Shown: one piece after another, positions 15,788 to 26,421 of the stretch | How positions within the stretch are numbered: position 1 is the stretch's first letter | Layout: each line of letters starts with the position of its first letter | Source of the DNA: an uncultured Verrucomicrobia subdivision 3 bacterium | GTDB taxonomy: Bacteria > Verrucomicrobiota > Verrucomicrobiia > Limisphaerales > UBA8199 | DNA: 64,000 bases | Assembly (NCBI GenBank): GCA_903913865.1 | Contig: CAIWMU010000098.1 | Location: 6,696-70,695, forward strand | Reading direction: 5' to 3' | Notes under the pieces: model-generated | The model's input: only the letters and a program-made list of their open reading frames with translations | Database searches by the model: none | What the model was told of the DNA's origin: nothing | Made by a program: the position numbers and the translations under genes

Positions 15788-18592
15788 ATGGACTATAAGA
15801 ACACATTAAATTTACCGCAAACCGAGTTCCCGATGAAGGCCGATCTGGTGACACGGGAGCCGGAGCGGTTGAAGAAGTGGCAGGCGGCGGGGCTTTACAG
15901 CGAGATTCGCGCACAGCGTGCGAAGGCCGACCGGTTCATCCTGCACGACGGCCCACCGTTTGCGAACGGGGACGTTCATATCGGGACGGCCCTGAACAAG
16001 ACCCTCAAGGACATCATCATCAAATACAAGACCCTGAGGGGGTTTGATGCGCCCTATGTGCCGGGCTGGGACTGTCATGGGCTGCCGATCGAGTTCAAGG
16101 TGACGCAGGACATGCGCAAAGCGGGTGAGACGGCCACCGAGCCTGCAGTCATCCGCCAGGCATGCGATGCCTATGCGCGCAAATACATCGACATCCAGCG
16201 CGCCCAATTCAAGCGGCTTGGAGTCCTCGGGGATTGGGAAAATCCGTATCTGACGCTCGACAAGGGATATGAGGCATCCGAGCTGGGGTTGTTTGCCGAC
16301 ATTGTCGAGCAGGGTTTCGTTTACCGGGGAAAAAAGCCGGTCTATTGGAGCATTCCCTGCCGCACCGCGCTGGCGGAGGCGGAGGTGGAATACAAGGACC
16401 ATGTGAGCCAGAGCGTCTATGTGAAGTTTCCGCTGGCCGGGCATTCGGGAGTTTCAGTCCTGATCTGGACGACGACGCCGTGGACGCTCCCTGCCAATCT
16501 GGCGATCGCCTACAATTCGACCTTCAGCTATTCGGTGGTGCGGGTGGGGGATGACACGTTGATTGTGTCCACGCTGCTGCTGCCGGTCGTGGCGGAGAAA
16601 TGCGGCTGGGCGGGCTATGAGATTGAGCGCAGCATCGAGGGTTCGCAACTCGGGCAGCTGGAGTATCAACACCCGTTCTGCAACCGCACGGGGAAATTTC
16701 ATGCCGGGGATTCTTTTGTCGAGAACTCGACAGGAACGGGATTTGTCCACATTGCCCCGGGGCATGGGCAGGACGATTACCACCTGGGATTGAAGAACGG
16801 TCTGCCGGTTTATTCCCCGGTGGATGATGAGGGTCGTCTGGCCCACACCAGCGACCTGCCGGTGGAGCAGCAGATGCCCGAGTGCCTGCTGGGTAAATCG
16901 ATTCTGGAGAAGGGGAACGGCAGCGAGGCGAATGAGGCAGTGCTTGCGCTGCTGGTGGAGAGGAAGTCGCTGATCCATCGTGAGAATTACTCCCACAGCT
17001 ACCCGCACTGCTGGCGCAGCAAGACACCGATCATTTTCCGGGCCATGGACCAGTGGTTCATCAAGGTGGACCACCAGAACTTCCGGGAGAAGGCCCTCGC
17101 CGAGATCAACCGTGTTGGATGGGTGCCCGACTGGGGCAAGAACCGGATTGAGGCCGCTGTGCAGGGGCGCCCCGACTGGTGCATCTCCCGGCAACGGACC
17201 TGGGGTGTGCCGATCCCGGCCTTTTATCTCGCATCCGGCGAGCCTGTTTTGGACGCACGCATCGTGCGGAATGTGGCGACCCTTGTGCGGGAGCACGGTT
17301 CCAATGTCTGGTTCCAAAAAACGGCAGCAGAGCTTTGGTCGCTCGTGAGGCCTCAGGACTGGTCAGGGCCGGAGCCGGTCGGAAAATCAGCCGACACGCT
17401 GGATGTCTGGATTGATTCCGGATCCTCGTCACGGACGGTCATCGCGGAGCGGCCGGAACTGCGCGGAGCCACGCTGCCGTTCCAGTGCGACATGTATCTG
17501 GAGGGAAGCGACCAGCACCGGGGCTGGTTTCAATCCTCGCTGCTGCTCTCCCTGGCGGGTAATGGGGCGGCCCCATTCCGCACCGTGCTCACACACGGGT
17601 TCATGGTCGATGAGGACCGTGAGAAGATCTCGAAGAGCAAGCAGGGGCAGGGTGGTTACGAAAAGCCGCAGACATCCGAGGCCTACATCAAGAAATACGG
17701 GGCGGATGTGGTTCGGCTCTGGGTGGCATCCCAGGACTACCGGAACGACATCGTTGTCAGCGAAAAGCGGATCGAAAAGGTCAGCGAGACCTACCGGATC
17801 ATCCGGAATGCGTTGCGCTACCAGTTGTCGAACCTGAACGACTTTGATCCGGCGCAGCATTCGGTGGCGGTGGAGCAGATGAGTGGACTGGACCGCTGGA
17901 TCATGGATGCGTTTGCGGCCTTGGAGACCGAGGTGGTGAGGGCCTATGACGCCTTTGAGTTCCACGTGGTTTACCAGCGTGTGAGCCAGTTCGTGGCGGT
18001 TGAGCTTTCCTCAGTGTATCACGATATCGTGAAGGACCGCCTTTACACCGATGCGAAGAATTCGCCCCGGCGACGTTCCACTCAGACCGCGATCCACCGG
18101 CTTGTCACGGGGTTGAGTCAGATGCTTTCCCCCATGATCGCATTCACGGCCGATGAGGCCTGGGAGTTTGTTCCCGGCCGCAAGGGCAGTTCCGTCCATG
18201 CATCCTCATGGACATCCCAGCCGTTTTCGCGCGGGGCCGAGGAGCGTGCCCTGTGGGCGGCATTATTCGAGGTGCGTGCGCAGGTGTTGCCGGAGCTGGA
18301 GAAGGCCCGCCAGGCCAAGCTTATCGGCAAGGCACTGGAGGCCAGGGTTGTGTTGACTGGAAAGAGCACGGCGCTCGATCTCGCCAAAGCGGCCCCTGAA
18401 GCGTTGCGTGAATTGCTCAACGTCTCCCAACTGGAGATTGTGCCGGGCGAGACCGAGGGCCTCGCGGCCACCATCGCTCAGGCCAACGGCCAGAAATGTG
18501 AGCGATGCTGGCACTATGAGCCGGATGTCGCGGCAAACGCCGACCACCCGCAACTCTGCGGGCGGTGCGTGACGGCTGTGACGGTCGTCTGA
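15788..18592 (+). CDS. ileS: isoleucine--tRNA ligase (type 1, C-terminal Zn finger)
   Basis: HDGPPFANG.HIGT, GWDCHGLPIE, WTTTPWTLP, DWCISRQR, EGSDQHRGWF, KISKS, CERC...CGRC. Confidence 0.98.
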   Translation: MDYKNTLNLPQTEFPMKADLVTREPERLKKWQAAGLYSEIRAQRAKADRFILHDGPPFANGDVHIGTALNKTLKDIIIKYKTLRGFDAPYVPGWDCHGLPIEFKVTQDMRKAGETATEPAVIRQACDAYARKYIDIQRAQFKRLGVLGDWENPYLTLDKGYEASELGLFADIVEQGFVYRGKKPVYWSIPCRTALAEAEVEYKDHVSQSVYVKFPLAGHSGVSVLIWTTTPWTLPANLAIAYNSTFSYSVVRVGDDTLIVSTLLLPVVAEKCGWAGYEIERSIEGSQLGQLEYQHPFCNRTGKFHAGDSFVENSTGTGFVHIAPGHGQDDYHLGLKNGLPVYSPVDDEGRLAHTSDLPVEQQMPECLLGKSILEKGNGSEANEAVLALLVERKSLIHRENYSHSYPHCWRSKTPIIFRAMDQWFIKVDHQNFREKALAEINRVGWVPDWGKNRIEAAVQGRPDWCISRQRTWGVPIPAFYLASGEPVLDARIVRNVATLVREHGSNVWFQKTAAELWSLVRPQDWSGPEPVGKSADTLDVWIDSGSSSRTVIAERPELRGATLPFQCDMYLEGSDQHRGWFQSSLLLSLAGNGAAPFRTVLTHGFMVDEDREKISKSKQGQGGYEKPQTSEAYIKKYGADVVRLWVASQDYRNDIVVSEKRIEKVSETYRIIRNALRYQLSNLNDFDPAQHSVAVEQMSGLDRWIMDAFAALETEVVRAYDAFEFHVVYQRVSQFVAVELSSVYHDIVKDRLYTDAKNSPRRRSTQTAIHRLVTGLSQMLSPMIAFTADEAWEFVPGRKGSSVHASSWTSQPFSRGAEERALWAALFEVRAQVLPELEKARQAKLIGKALEARVVLTGKSTALDLAKAAPEALRELLNVSQLEIVPGETEGLAATIAQANGQKCERCWHYEPDVAANADHPQLCGRCVTAVTVV

Positions 18593-18600
18593 GAGGCCCT

Positions 18601-21600
18601 TCAGGGCATCTCTGCGCGAACGTGGACGACCCCGTAGGCGGGCACCGGGATGGTGCCTTTTGCCCGGGCCAGCGGCTTCTCAGTCAGGTCGGTGAGCCAT
18701 GCTGAGGAGGGTTTCATGCCCTTCCAGCTGAGGCTTGCGGACTCCGGCTTTCCCGAAACCCCGAACAGGCGGACGATGAGAGCCTTGCCGTCCTCACTCA
18801 CCTTGATCGTCTCGACAAGCACCCCGGGATTCGAGATGGCCAGGAGCGTTCCCGGGACCTTCGCCGAGGCGGCGGATGCCACCAAGAGCGGCCGGGTTGT
18901 TTCCATGCCGAACTGAGCACTCCGGGCCGCCGAGTAACCGCCCCGGTGCGGGCGGAGGATGAAGCGGAAGGTGGTGACTCCCGGCTGGTCGATCTTGTAG
19001 TTCGTGTGCCAGTGGTTGTTCTGGGCCCAGGAATAGATCGTTTGTGAATCGATGGCATTGGTCATCCACTCCTTGAAGGCAACACTACCGAGGAGATTGG
19101 CCGTCATGCCGCCCACCTGCATCAGGGGGGCGTCGATGGGAGCCCAGGTGATGCCGCAATCGGGGTTCGAGACATCGACCCAGCGCTGCACAGTGAACCA
19201 GTTGCGGCAGGAACCGGTCAGCTGATCCGTGTTGGGGCGTACGATGGCCCAGGGTGTCTCCATGCGCACCGTGCCTGCGGGCACATTAAAACCGAAGCCG
19301 AAGTGGACACCATCCTTCACCCGCACCGACTTCCGGTCCACATGATTCACGCACTCCACACGGTCCAGACCTTCGACCACGCGGACCACACGGACGAGCC
19401 GGTTGCAACCCGGGGCGTCTGATTCGATGCGGAGCGATGCGACCAGTGGGCCTTTTTCCAGGACCTCGATTTTGACAGGTCCGTTGCTCGTGGCGCCGGC
19501 TGAATCCGTGCCCAGCACATAACGGTAATCGTTGAGACCCACCGGAGCGGCGGGGTCCACAAACTCGTGGCTGCCCCCGGCAAGGCGGAGGCTGGAGACA
19601 GCCCCACTTTGCGGGCTCACATCCACGCTCAACAGGGAATTGGCAAGAGTATGACCGGCGGTGACCCGGGCGGCCCCTCTGGCCGTTGGAGCTTTGGCGC
19701 TGAGGCGATAGCGCTTGGCACCAAACGGAGGGACTTCAGTTGCCATGAAAGCGAGTTCCCCATTTGCGAGACGCTGGGAGGGGACTTCCCGGCCACGTGC
19801 ATCCAGCACCGAATTGCCGCCCAGTTCAGGGGGGACGATGGCCAGGTCGGTGCGTTCCCACTGGGTGGTGTTGTAAACATCAATGTCGGCCGTGGGCTTT
19901 GCGGCGGGCAGGGCTGACTTGAGGAGATCGCGTGAGTTGCGATCCGCCTCATCCGCGAAGCCTCCCTTGACCTTCCACTGATCCATTGTGAACGCGTCAT
20001 CCGGTTTGGAGATGCTGCACCAGGCGCCCCATGTGTGCTCGCTGTAGAGCAGGACGTTCTTCCAGGCCCGGTCGAAATCCGCAGCAGGGTTGGCATGGGG
20101 ATCGCGCATGGCGAAGAGGGTGGAAGCCTGGGAGATGCGGTCGCCGGAGGCCCGGTTCAGGGCCGTCTCGCGGGATGTGGATCCCGCGCCATCCTCCCAG
20201 TAGGGGGTCAGGTCGCCGGAGAACTCCGGAACCCTGGCACCGTGCTTGCGCTCGAAATCGCGGAAGAATTCGCGGGCGAGGCCGATATTGATCCTGGGAG
20301 CGGCATACTTCGCATTCCATGCCATGGCCTTCTCCACGGTTTTTTCATCGGGGGGGGCATTGTCCACGCCGCCGCCGGGCCAGACCCCGACCCAGAAAAT
20401 GAAGGAGGTATCGTAGGGGAACCCGTTCCGATTGAGGCGGTCCACCTGCTGGAGCACATTTTCCTCGAGGTCCCCGAGGTGATGGTAGTTGTCCACAACC
20501 CAGCACATGACCCGCTCCCCGCCGCTCTGGGATTTCCAATAGAACGGTTTGTCGTCCCAGAGATGGATGGTTCCGACGCGGTCGCCGTAGTTCGGACCGA
20601 TGGCGAAGTATTTGACGCCCGCCTGGGCCATCATGGGGACGATGCCCCAGGTGTAACCGGGCACATCGCAGATGGCTGCGGTTTCGAGCGGGACACCGGT
20701 GAGGTTCGAGACCCGGGCACCGATGGCAAGGCATTGGGCGAGTTCCTCCGGGCGGCAGAGGGCGGTCAGCATGTTGCCGTAGAGGCCATCCACCTCGACA
20801 TCCCCCCGGCGGACGGCATCAATGAAGGCGGCCCGTTTCCCGGCATCGGCGCGCTGGAGGTAGTGATCCAGGGACCAGACCGCCTCAGGATTCCACTTGA
20901 ACCGCAGGCCCGGAGGATTGCCGGCGCTGGCCTGTGCCAGCCGGAGGCCGGTCTCCAGATTTGTGATCTGCACATTGATGATCTCCTCCTGGCGGTGCGT
21001 GTAGCCGATGTCCACATGGGAATGGGGAAGAATCCACATGTCACGAATCCGGGGCGGACCGATCACGACATTCGTGGCGGCCAACTCCTTCCCATCACTG
21101 GTGATGCGGAGGGCGAGGGTGCGGGATTGTTCAGCGGCCGGGGCCTTCAGTTCGATCGTCCGGACTCCATTCTTGAGGGTGAGTTTTGATGTCTCGACTC
21201 CATCAAGATTCAGGGATGCATCCAGATCACCGCCGATGTGGCGCAGGGTCAGGGTGAGCGGTTGCAGGGGTTTGCCATCCCCCTTGAGCCAGACGGGAGG
21301 GACACTCAAACCGAGCAGGCGGGTTCCGCTGGCGGTGGGTTTGAGTTGCAGGCTGGCAGGGGCCTCGAGTGAGACGGAATCGTAGAGCACCCAGCTGCCG
21401 GAGATGAGGGTTATGGAGACATCGTTGTCCCCGGCGCGGAGCAGGCCGCTGTCGAACTTCAGGTTCCAGACATGTTTGCGGCCCTTGGAAATATCCCCGA
21501 AGATCGATTCATCCCCCCCGCCTGCCGGGGTGGAGTGCTCGAACGATTTGCCGTTGATGACCACCCGCATTCGGGGCGGGCCGGAACTGTGGGTGTCGAG

Positions 21601-21933
21601 GAGCCTCAGGGAGAGGACGCACGGCTGTCCGGCAGCGGCGGACTCCAGTCCGAACAGGATCGAGAAGGTGTGCTGGCGGGCACCGGCCCAGCTGTCGCCC
21701 GGGCCGGGATGGGCATAGGGCCAGTCCTGCGCGGGATCGGAGCGTCCCACGACAAAGAATCCATCCTCCTTGAAGTCTTTGTGGCCCTTTGGGGCCAGGG
21801 CCAGTTCGGTGTTGGCATCATCGGGTTTGCCGATGCTCCAGAGGGTCTGGGACTCGGCGGCATGTGCCGGGGTGGAGGCGAGGCCGAGGAAGATGGCCGA
21901 CAGGGTGGCAATGGCGAGAATGGGAACTTTCAT
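18601..21933 (-). CDS. secreted GH38-like (alpha-mannosidase fold) glycoside hydrolase with N-terminal PL4 domain III-like module
   Basis: Signal peptide; LWSIGKPD...YDSVSLE module; HSHVDIGYT metal motif; DVPGYTWG; YSEHTWG; NNHWHTNY. Confidence 0.8.
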   Translation of the reverse strand: MKVPILAIATLSAIFLGLASTPAHAAESQTLWSIGKPDDANTELALAPKGHKDFKEDGFFVVGRSDPAQDWPYAHPGPGDSWAGARQHTFSILFGLESAAAGQPCVLSLRLLDTHSSGPPRMRVVINGKSFEHSTPAGGGDESIFGDISKGRKHVWNLKFDSGLLRAGDNDVSITLISGSWVLYDSVSLEAPASLQLKPTASGTRLLGLSVPPVWLKGDGKPLQPLTLTLRHIGGDLDASLNLDGVETSKLTLKNGVRTIELKAPAAEQSRTLALRITSDGKELAATNVVIGPPRIRDMWILPHSHVDIGYTHRQEEIINVQITNLETGLRLAQASAGNPPGLRFKWNPEAVWSLDHYLQRADAGKRAAFIDAVRRGDVEVDGLYGNMLTALCRPEELAQCLAIGARVSNLTGVPLETAAICDVPGYTWGIVPMMAQAGVKYFAIGPNYGDRVGTIHLWDDKPFYWKSQSGGERVMCWVVDNYHHLGDLEENVLQQVDRLNRNGFPYDTSFIFWVGVWPGGGVDNAPPDEKTVEKAMAWNAKYAAPRINIGLAREFFRDFERKHGARVPEFSGDLTPYWEDGAGSTSRETALNRASGDRISQASTLFAMRDPHANPAADFDRAWKNVLLYSEHTWGAWCSISKPDDAFTMDQWKVKGGFADEADRNSRDLLKSALPAAKPTADIDVYNTTQWERTDLAIVPPELGGNSVLDARGREVPSQRLANGELAFMATEVPPFGAKRYRLSAKAPTARGAARVTAGHTLANSLLSVDVSPQSGAVSSLRLAGGSHEFVDPAAPVGLNDYRYVLGTDSAGATSNGPVKIEVLEKGPLVASLRIESDAPGCNRLVRVVRVVEGLDRVECVNHVDRKSVRVKDGVHFGFGFNVPAGTVRMETPWAIVRPNTDQLTGSCRNWFTVQRWVDVSNPDCGITWAPIDAPLMQVGGMTANLLGSVAFKEWMTNAIDSQTIYSWAQNNHWHTNYKIDQPGVTTFRFILRPHRGGYSAARSAQFGMETTRPLLVASAASAKVPGTLLAISNPGVLVETIKVSEDGKALIVRLFGVSGKPESASLSWKGMKPSSAWLTDLTEKPLARAKGTIPVPAYGVVHVRAEMP

Positions 21934-21989
21934 GCTTATGAAGGGGTCGGAACGTTTGCGATGGTTGTTGTATGCGGAGGGTGAAGAGG

Positions 21990-23348
21990 TCAGGCAGTCC
22001 AGGACCGCTCGATTTCCTCGAGACTGCGGCCCTTGGTTTCGGGGACGGCCAAGCGAACGAAGATCAGTCCCGCCAGGCTGAAGGCGCCGTAAACCCAGAA
22101 GGTTGTGGCCGGGCCGATGGACGGGTTGTCATTCAGCATCGGGAAGGTCTGGGCGACGATGTAGCAGGAGGTCCAGATGGTGAAGGTGGCCAGGGACATT
22201 GCGCGGCCGCGGACCCGTGTGGGGAAGATTTCCGAGCACAAAATCCAGGGGATGGGGCCCAGAGCCATGGCGAAGGCGCCGATGTAAGCAAGGATCGCAA
22301 GGAGCAAAGGCAGCCCGCTGTAACCGGCCCGGAACATCCAGCCCACAGTGGCCAGGGCGACGACCTGAATGGAGAGGCCTATCAGGAGCAGGGCGCGTCT
22401 TCCTGCCCGGTCCACGAAGGCCATGGCAACAAACGTGAAGAGGACATTCACCAGCCCGACAATCATGGAGGAGGTGAAGGAGTCCTTCACCCCGACACCG
22501 GCGGTGGCGAAGATCTTGGTGGAATAATACATGATGGCGTTGATCCCGCTGAACTGGCTGAACATCATGAGCAGGATGGCGATGAACAGCGGTTTGCGGA
22601 AACGGGGCTGGAACAGTTCCCCAAACCGGCCATCCTCCTCACCCAGCACGGATCGGACGGCCACAATCTCCTGCTCCGCATGGTCGGGACCTCCCACACT
22701 CTCCAGAATCCCCCGGGCCTCCGCCTCGCGTCCCACCCCCAGCAGCCAGCGGGGGCTTTCGGGCACAAAAAAGAGGAGGGCAACCAGAATGATTGCGGGG
22801 GCAACCTCGGCTGCGAGCATCCAGCGCCAGCCCTGGGAGGCATTCCAGGCATCATCCCCAAGGCCCTGAATGCGGGCGTTGATGAAGAGCGTCAGAAAAA
22901 TTCCAAGGACGATGCCGAACTGAAAAAGGGAACCGAGCCGGCCGCGCCGGGCGGCGGGGGCGAGTTCGGCGATGTAAACCGGGATGATCATTGAGGATGC
23001 ACCAATGCCGAGGCCGCTGATGAACCGGGCTGCGAGAAACTCGATGAACGTGCGCGGAATGGCGGAAAGAAGGCCGCTGACGGCATAGAGGATGGCGCAG
23101 AGAAAGAGAACCTTGCGCCGACCGAAGCGGTCACTCAGGAACCCGGCGAACATGGCACCGGGAATGCAGCCCAGGATGGCGCTGGCCCCGGCGATGCCCT
23201 CCTGGATGGGGCTGAGGCCAAAGTGGGCTTTGAGATATTGGTTGGCCCCGTTGATGACAGCGGTGTCGTAACCAAAGAGAAATCCGCCGGTGGCAGCCAC
23301 CAGGGTCACCATGGCAAGGGTGTTAAGAGGTTTGGAGGATGGGTTCAT
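21990..23348 (-). CDS. sugar porter family MFS transporter (XylE/AraE-like)
   Basis: GGFLFGYDTAVING, DRFGRR, PESPRWL, QFSGINAIMYY, SEIFP, PETKG; 12 TM. Confidence 0.95.
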   Translation of the reverse strand: MNPSSKPLNTLAMVTLVAATGGFLFGYDTAVINGANQYLKAHFGLSPIQEGIAGASAILGCIPGAMFAGFLSDRFGRRKVLFLCAILYAVSGLLSAIPRTFIEFLAARFISGLGIGASSMIIPVYIAELAPAARRGRLGSLFQFGIVLGIFLTLFINARIQGLGDDAWNASQGWRWMLAAEVAPAIILVALLFFVPESPRWLLGVGREAEARGILESVGGPDHAEQEIVAVRSVLGEEDGRFGELFQPRFRKPLFIAILLMMFSQFSGINAIMYYSTKIFATAGVGVKDSFTSSMIVGLVNVLFTFVAMAFVDRAGRRALLLIGLSIQVVALATVGWMFRAGYSGLPLLLAILAYIGAFAMALGPIPWILCSEIFPTRVRGRAMSLATFTIWTSCYIVAQTFPMLNDNPSIGPATTFWVYGAFSLAGLIFVRLAVPETKGRSLEEIERSWTA

Positions 23349-23555
23349 GGCCGGTGCTTCCGAAGGGTGGGGATGGAACGGGAGGAGAGCCCTGCAGGGG
23401 CAGGGACCGACAGCGGACCTGTGGAATGGATCACGTTCACGTTCAAATGATCCATCATTGAGGGAAACCAGACTGCATCGCGCAAGCAGAATCGCGATTG
23501 GATCGATCGTTTGGGGTGTGGAGGATTCAAGGTGGAGGTTCCTGTGCGGATTGGT

Positions 23556-23583
23556 TTGCGTGGGTGGAATGGGTGGTTAGAAT
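23556..23583 (+). promoter_or_regulatory. putative sigma70 promoter of the GH106 operon
   Basis: TTGCGT-16 nt-TAGAAT. Confidence 0.45.
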
Positions 23584-23655
23584 CCCGGTCCAGACCAGCC
23601 CCCAGGTGCCTGAGACGGCCAGGCGGGGGCTTGATCGGAAAAACAGAACCGACCC

Positions 23656-26418
23656 ATGAGTGGAATGATTCGGGATAAACAGCAGTGTGAGGCATCCAAC
23701 CGGCGGGTTGGGGCGGTGGTGCTCATTGCCCTGACTGCGTTGCTGCTCTGCGGCCGTGCGGGGGCGGGCCAGGGGGATTTGTCATGGCCCAGGCAGGAGG
23801 TAACGGCCCGGCCGCATGCCTACTGGTGGTGGATGGGGAGCGGGGTGGACACAAACAACCTTTCCAAGGAACTGCGGCGCTACAGGGATGCGGGGATGGG
23901 CGGGGTGCATATCATTCCGATATATGAGGCAAAGGGGTGGGAATCCAACTCGATTCCGTTTTTGAGCCCGCGATGGATGGAGATGCTGGATTACACCGTG
24001 CGGGAGGCGGGGCGGCTGGGCCTTGAGGTGGATATGACCACGGGATCCGGCTGGTGCTTTGGCGGACCCCGCGTGACCGATGCCGAGGCAAACGCCCTCA
24101 TGGTGAACCGTGAATGGCATCCCGGTGCCGGGGAGGCGGTGGGGCAGAAATTGGACGTGAAAGGGACGCAGGCACTCATGGCGTTCGGCCCCGGTGGAAA
24201 GCGGGAGGATTTGCTGGGGAGGATCCGGTCCGATGGTTCTGTGGATTGGGTGGCGCCCGAGGCGGGTTGGACGGTTTATGCGGTGAGCCAGAAACCGTCC
24301 GGCCAGAAAGTGAAGCGGGCCGCCCCGGGCGGCAGCGGGCACATGTTGAACCTGTTCAACCCGGCGGGGGTCTCCAACTATCTGCGCTGGGTGGACGAGG
24401 CCTTTGGCGGCTACACAGGAGCCAAGCCGAGGGCGTTTTATCACGACTCTTATGAGTACAAGTCGGATTGGGCCCCCGATCTGTTTGCCCGGTTTGAAAA
24501 GCGGCGCGGGTATCGTTTGCAGGACCACTGGGACGTGTTCAATTCCGGCACGCCGGTTGATGAGGCGGCGCGGATCAAATGCGACTACCGGGAGACCGTC
24601 TCCCAGATCATGGCGGAGGAAACGGTGCCGATGTGGGTGCGCTGGGCCCATGCCCGGGGCTCCCTCACGCGGGACCAGGCCCACGGCTCGCCGGGGAACT
24701 GGCTGGACATCTATGCCGCCGCCGACATCCCGGAAACCGAGATGTTCCACACCGACCGGGACCGGCTGATCTCAAAATTCGCATCCTCCGCAGCCCATGT
24801 GGCGGGCAGGCCGCTGGTGGCGGCGGAAACCGGCACCTGGATTGCCGAGCATTTTACCGAGACGCTGGCGGATATGAAATATCTGCTGGACGACCTTTTT
24901 CTATCCGGGGTGAACCACGTGTTCTACCACGGCACCTGCTATTCACCGGATGAGGCACCGTGGCCGGGCTGGCTGTTCTACGCGAGTTGTGAGATGAATC
25001 CGCGCAACTCCATCTGGCGCGACGCCCCGGCCTTGAACGCCTATGCCACCCGGTGCCAGTCGGTCCTGCAGGCCGGGAAGCCGGACCGGGGAATCCTTCT
25101 CTACTGGCCGATCCACGATCTGTGGAGCGAGCCGACCGGCATGGCGAAAAACCTGACCGTCCACACCCGGAACTGGTTTGAGCAACAGCCGCTTGGGGCG
25201 GTGGCGGCGGAACTGTGGAAGGGCGGTTACCCTTTTGACTACGTGTCGGACCGCCAGCTGGCGGGCGCAAGTGCGGGCAGGGATGGGATCAACCTGGGCG
25301 GGGGCAGTTACCGGGCGATTGTGGTTCCCCCGTGCGAGTTGATGCCGGAGGGAACGCTTGCGAAGCTGGTTGAACTGGGGCGGAAGGGGAATTGCCCGGT
25401 GGTGTTTGTGGAGCGGCTGCCCCGGGACGTTCCCGGCAATGGCGACCTTGACCGGCGGCGGAAAGAGTTTCAGAAACTTCTGAAAGAGATGAGCTTCTCG
25501 GATGCGGGTGGCGGGGTGAGGAAGGCCGGAGGCTGGCTCGTTGGGCCGCTGGGTGCGGCTTTGAAGCGGGCCGGGGTGCCGAGGGAAACCCTGTTTGATG
25601 TGCCCGGTTTGATGAGCATCCGCCGGACCCTGCCGGATGGGAGCTACTATTTCATCGCCAACCGGGGGATCGGGGAGGTCACCGGCTGGCTGCCCCTGGC
25701 CGTCAAGGCGAAGTCGGTGGTGCGGATGGATCCGCTGAGCGGCACCACCGGCGTTGTGGCAGCGCGGGCCAACGGGCAGGGTCAGACAGAGGTCTGGCTG
25801 AATCTGCCCGCCGGAGGATCGGTCATTTTGAGAACGTTTCACAAGCGACAGGCAGCGGGGGCAGTGGAAGAGCGGTGGATTGCGGGCGGCGAGGGGATTG
25901 AACTGCGCGGCATGTGGCAGGTGCGGTTTCTCAGTGGCGGGCCGGCTCTGCCTTCCGGATACTCCACGGAGAAGCCCGGTTCCTGGGGGGAATCCAGCGA
26001 TGCGACCCTCCGGAGTTTTGCGGGAACGGCCCTCTACACCCTGCGGTTCGATGCGCCAAAGGGAGATGCCGCCGGGCGCCGCCACAGGCTGGATCTCGGG
26101 CGGGTGTGCCAGAGTGCGCGGGTGCGCCTGAATGGACGGGACCTGGGGACGCTCATCACGCCGCCGTTCCGGCTGGATGTGCAGGGGCTCCGGGCGGCGG
26201 GGAACATTCTTGAGGTGGAGGTCACCAGCACCAGTGCGAACCGCATCCGCGATCTGGATCAGCGGGGGGTGGTGTGGCAGAAGTTTCACGACATCAATTT
26301 CGTCAACCTCAACTACAAGCCGTTCAATGCGGCCGACTGGCCACCGGCGGATGCCGGGTTGCTTGGGCCTGTCACCTTGATTCCGCTGCAGTCTGTAGCC
26401 TCAGTTGCAGGAAGGTAA
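23656..26418 (+). CDS. GH106 alpha-L-rhamnosidase-like glycoside hydrolase
   Basis: RPHAYWWWMGS, GMGGVHIIPIY, DMTTGSGWCFGGP, DSYE, QAHGSPG, AETGTW, GVNHVFYHG, GLLGPV. Confidence 0.85.
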   Translation: MSGMIRDKQQCEASNRRVGAVVLIALTALLLCGRAGAGQGDLSWPRQEVTARPHAYWWWMGSGVDTNNLSKELRRYRDAGMGGVHIIPIYEAKGWESNSIPFLSPRWMEMLDYTVREAGRLGLEVDMTTGSGWCFGGPRVTDAEANALMVNREWHPGAGEAVGQKLDVKGTQALMAFGPGGKREDLLGRIRSDGSVDWVAPEAGWTVYAVSQKPSGQKVKRAAPGGSGHMLNLFNPAGVSNYLRWVDEAFGGYTGAKPRAFYHDSYEYKSDWAPDLFARFEKRRGYRLQDHWDVFNSGTPVDEAARIKCDYRETVSQIMAEETVPMWVRWAHARGSLTRDQAHGSPGNWLDIYAAADIPETEMFHTDRDRLISKFASSAAHVAGRPLVAAETGTWIAEHFTETLADMKYLLDDLFLSGVNHVFYHGTCYSPDEAPWPGWLFYASCEMNPRNSIWRDAPALNAYATRCQSVLQAGKPDRGILLYWPIHDLWSEPTGMAKNLTVHTRNWFEQQPLGAVAAELWKGGYPFDYVSDRQLAGASAGRDGINLGGGSYRAIVVPPCELMPEGTLAKLVELGRKGNCPVVFVERLPRDVPGNGDLDRRRKEFQKLLKEMSFSDAGGGVRKAGGWLVGPLGAALKRAGVPRETLFDVPGLMSIRRTLPDGSYYFIANRGIGEVTGWLPLAVKAKSVVRMDPLSGTTGVVAARANGQGQTEVWLNLPAGGSVILRTFHKRQAAGAVEERWIAGGEGIELRGMWQVRFLSGGPALPSGYSTEKPGSWGESSDATLRSFAGTALYTLRFDAPKGDAAGRRHRLDLGRVCQSARVRLNGRDLGTLITPPFRLDVQGLRAAGNILEVEVTSTSANRIRDLDQRGVVWQKFHDINFVNLNYKPFNAADWPPADAGLLGPVTLIPLQSVASVAGR

Positions 26419-26421
26419 CCC

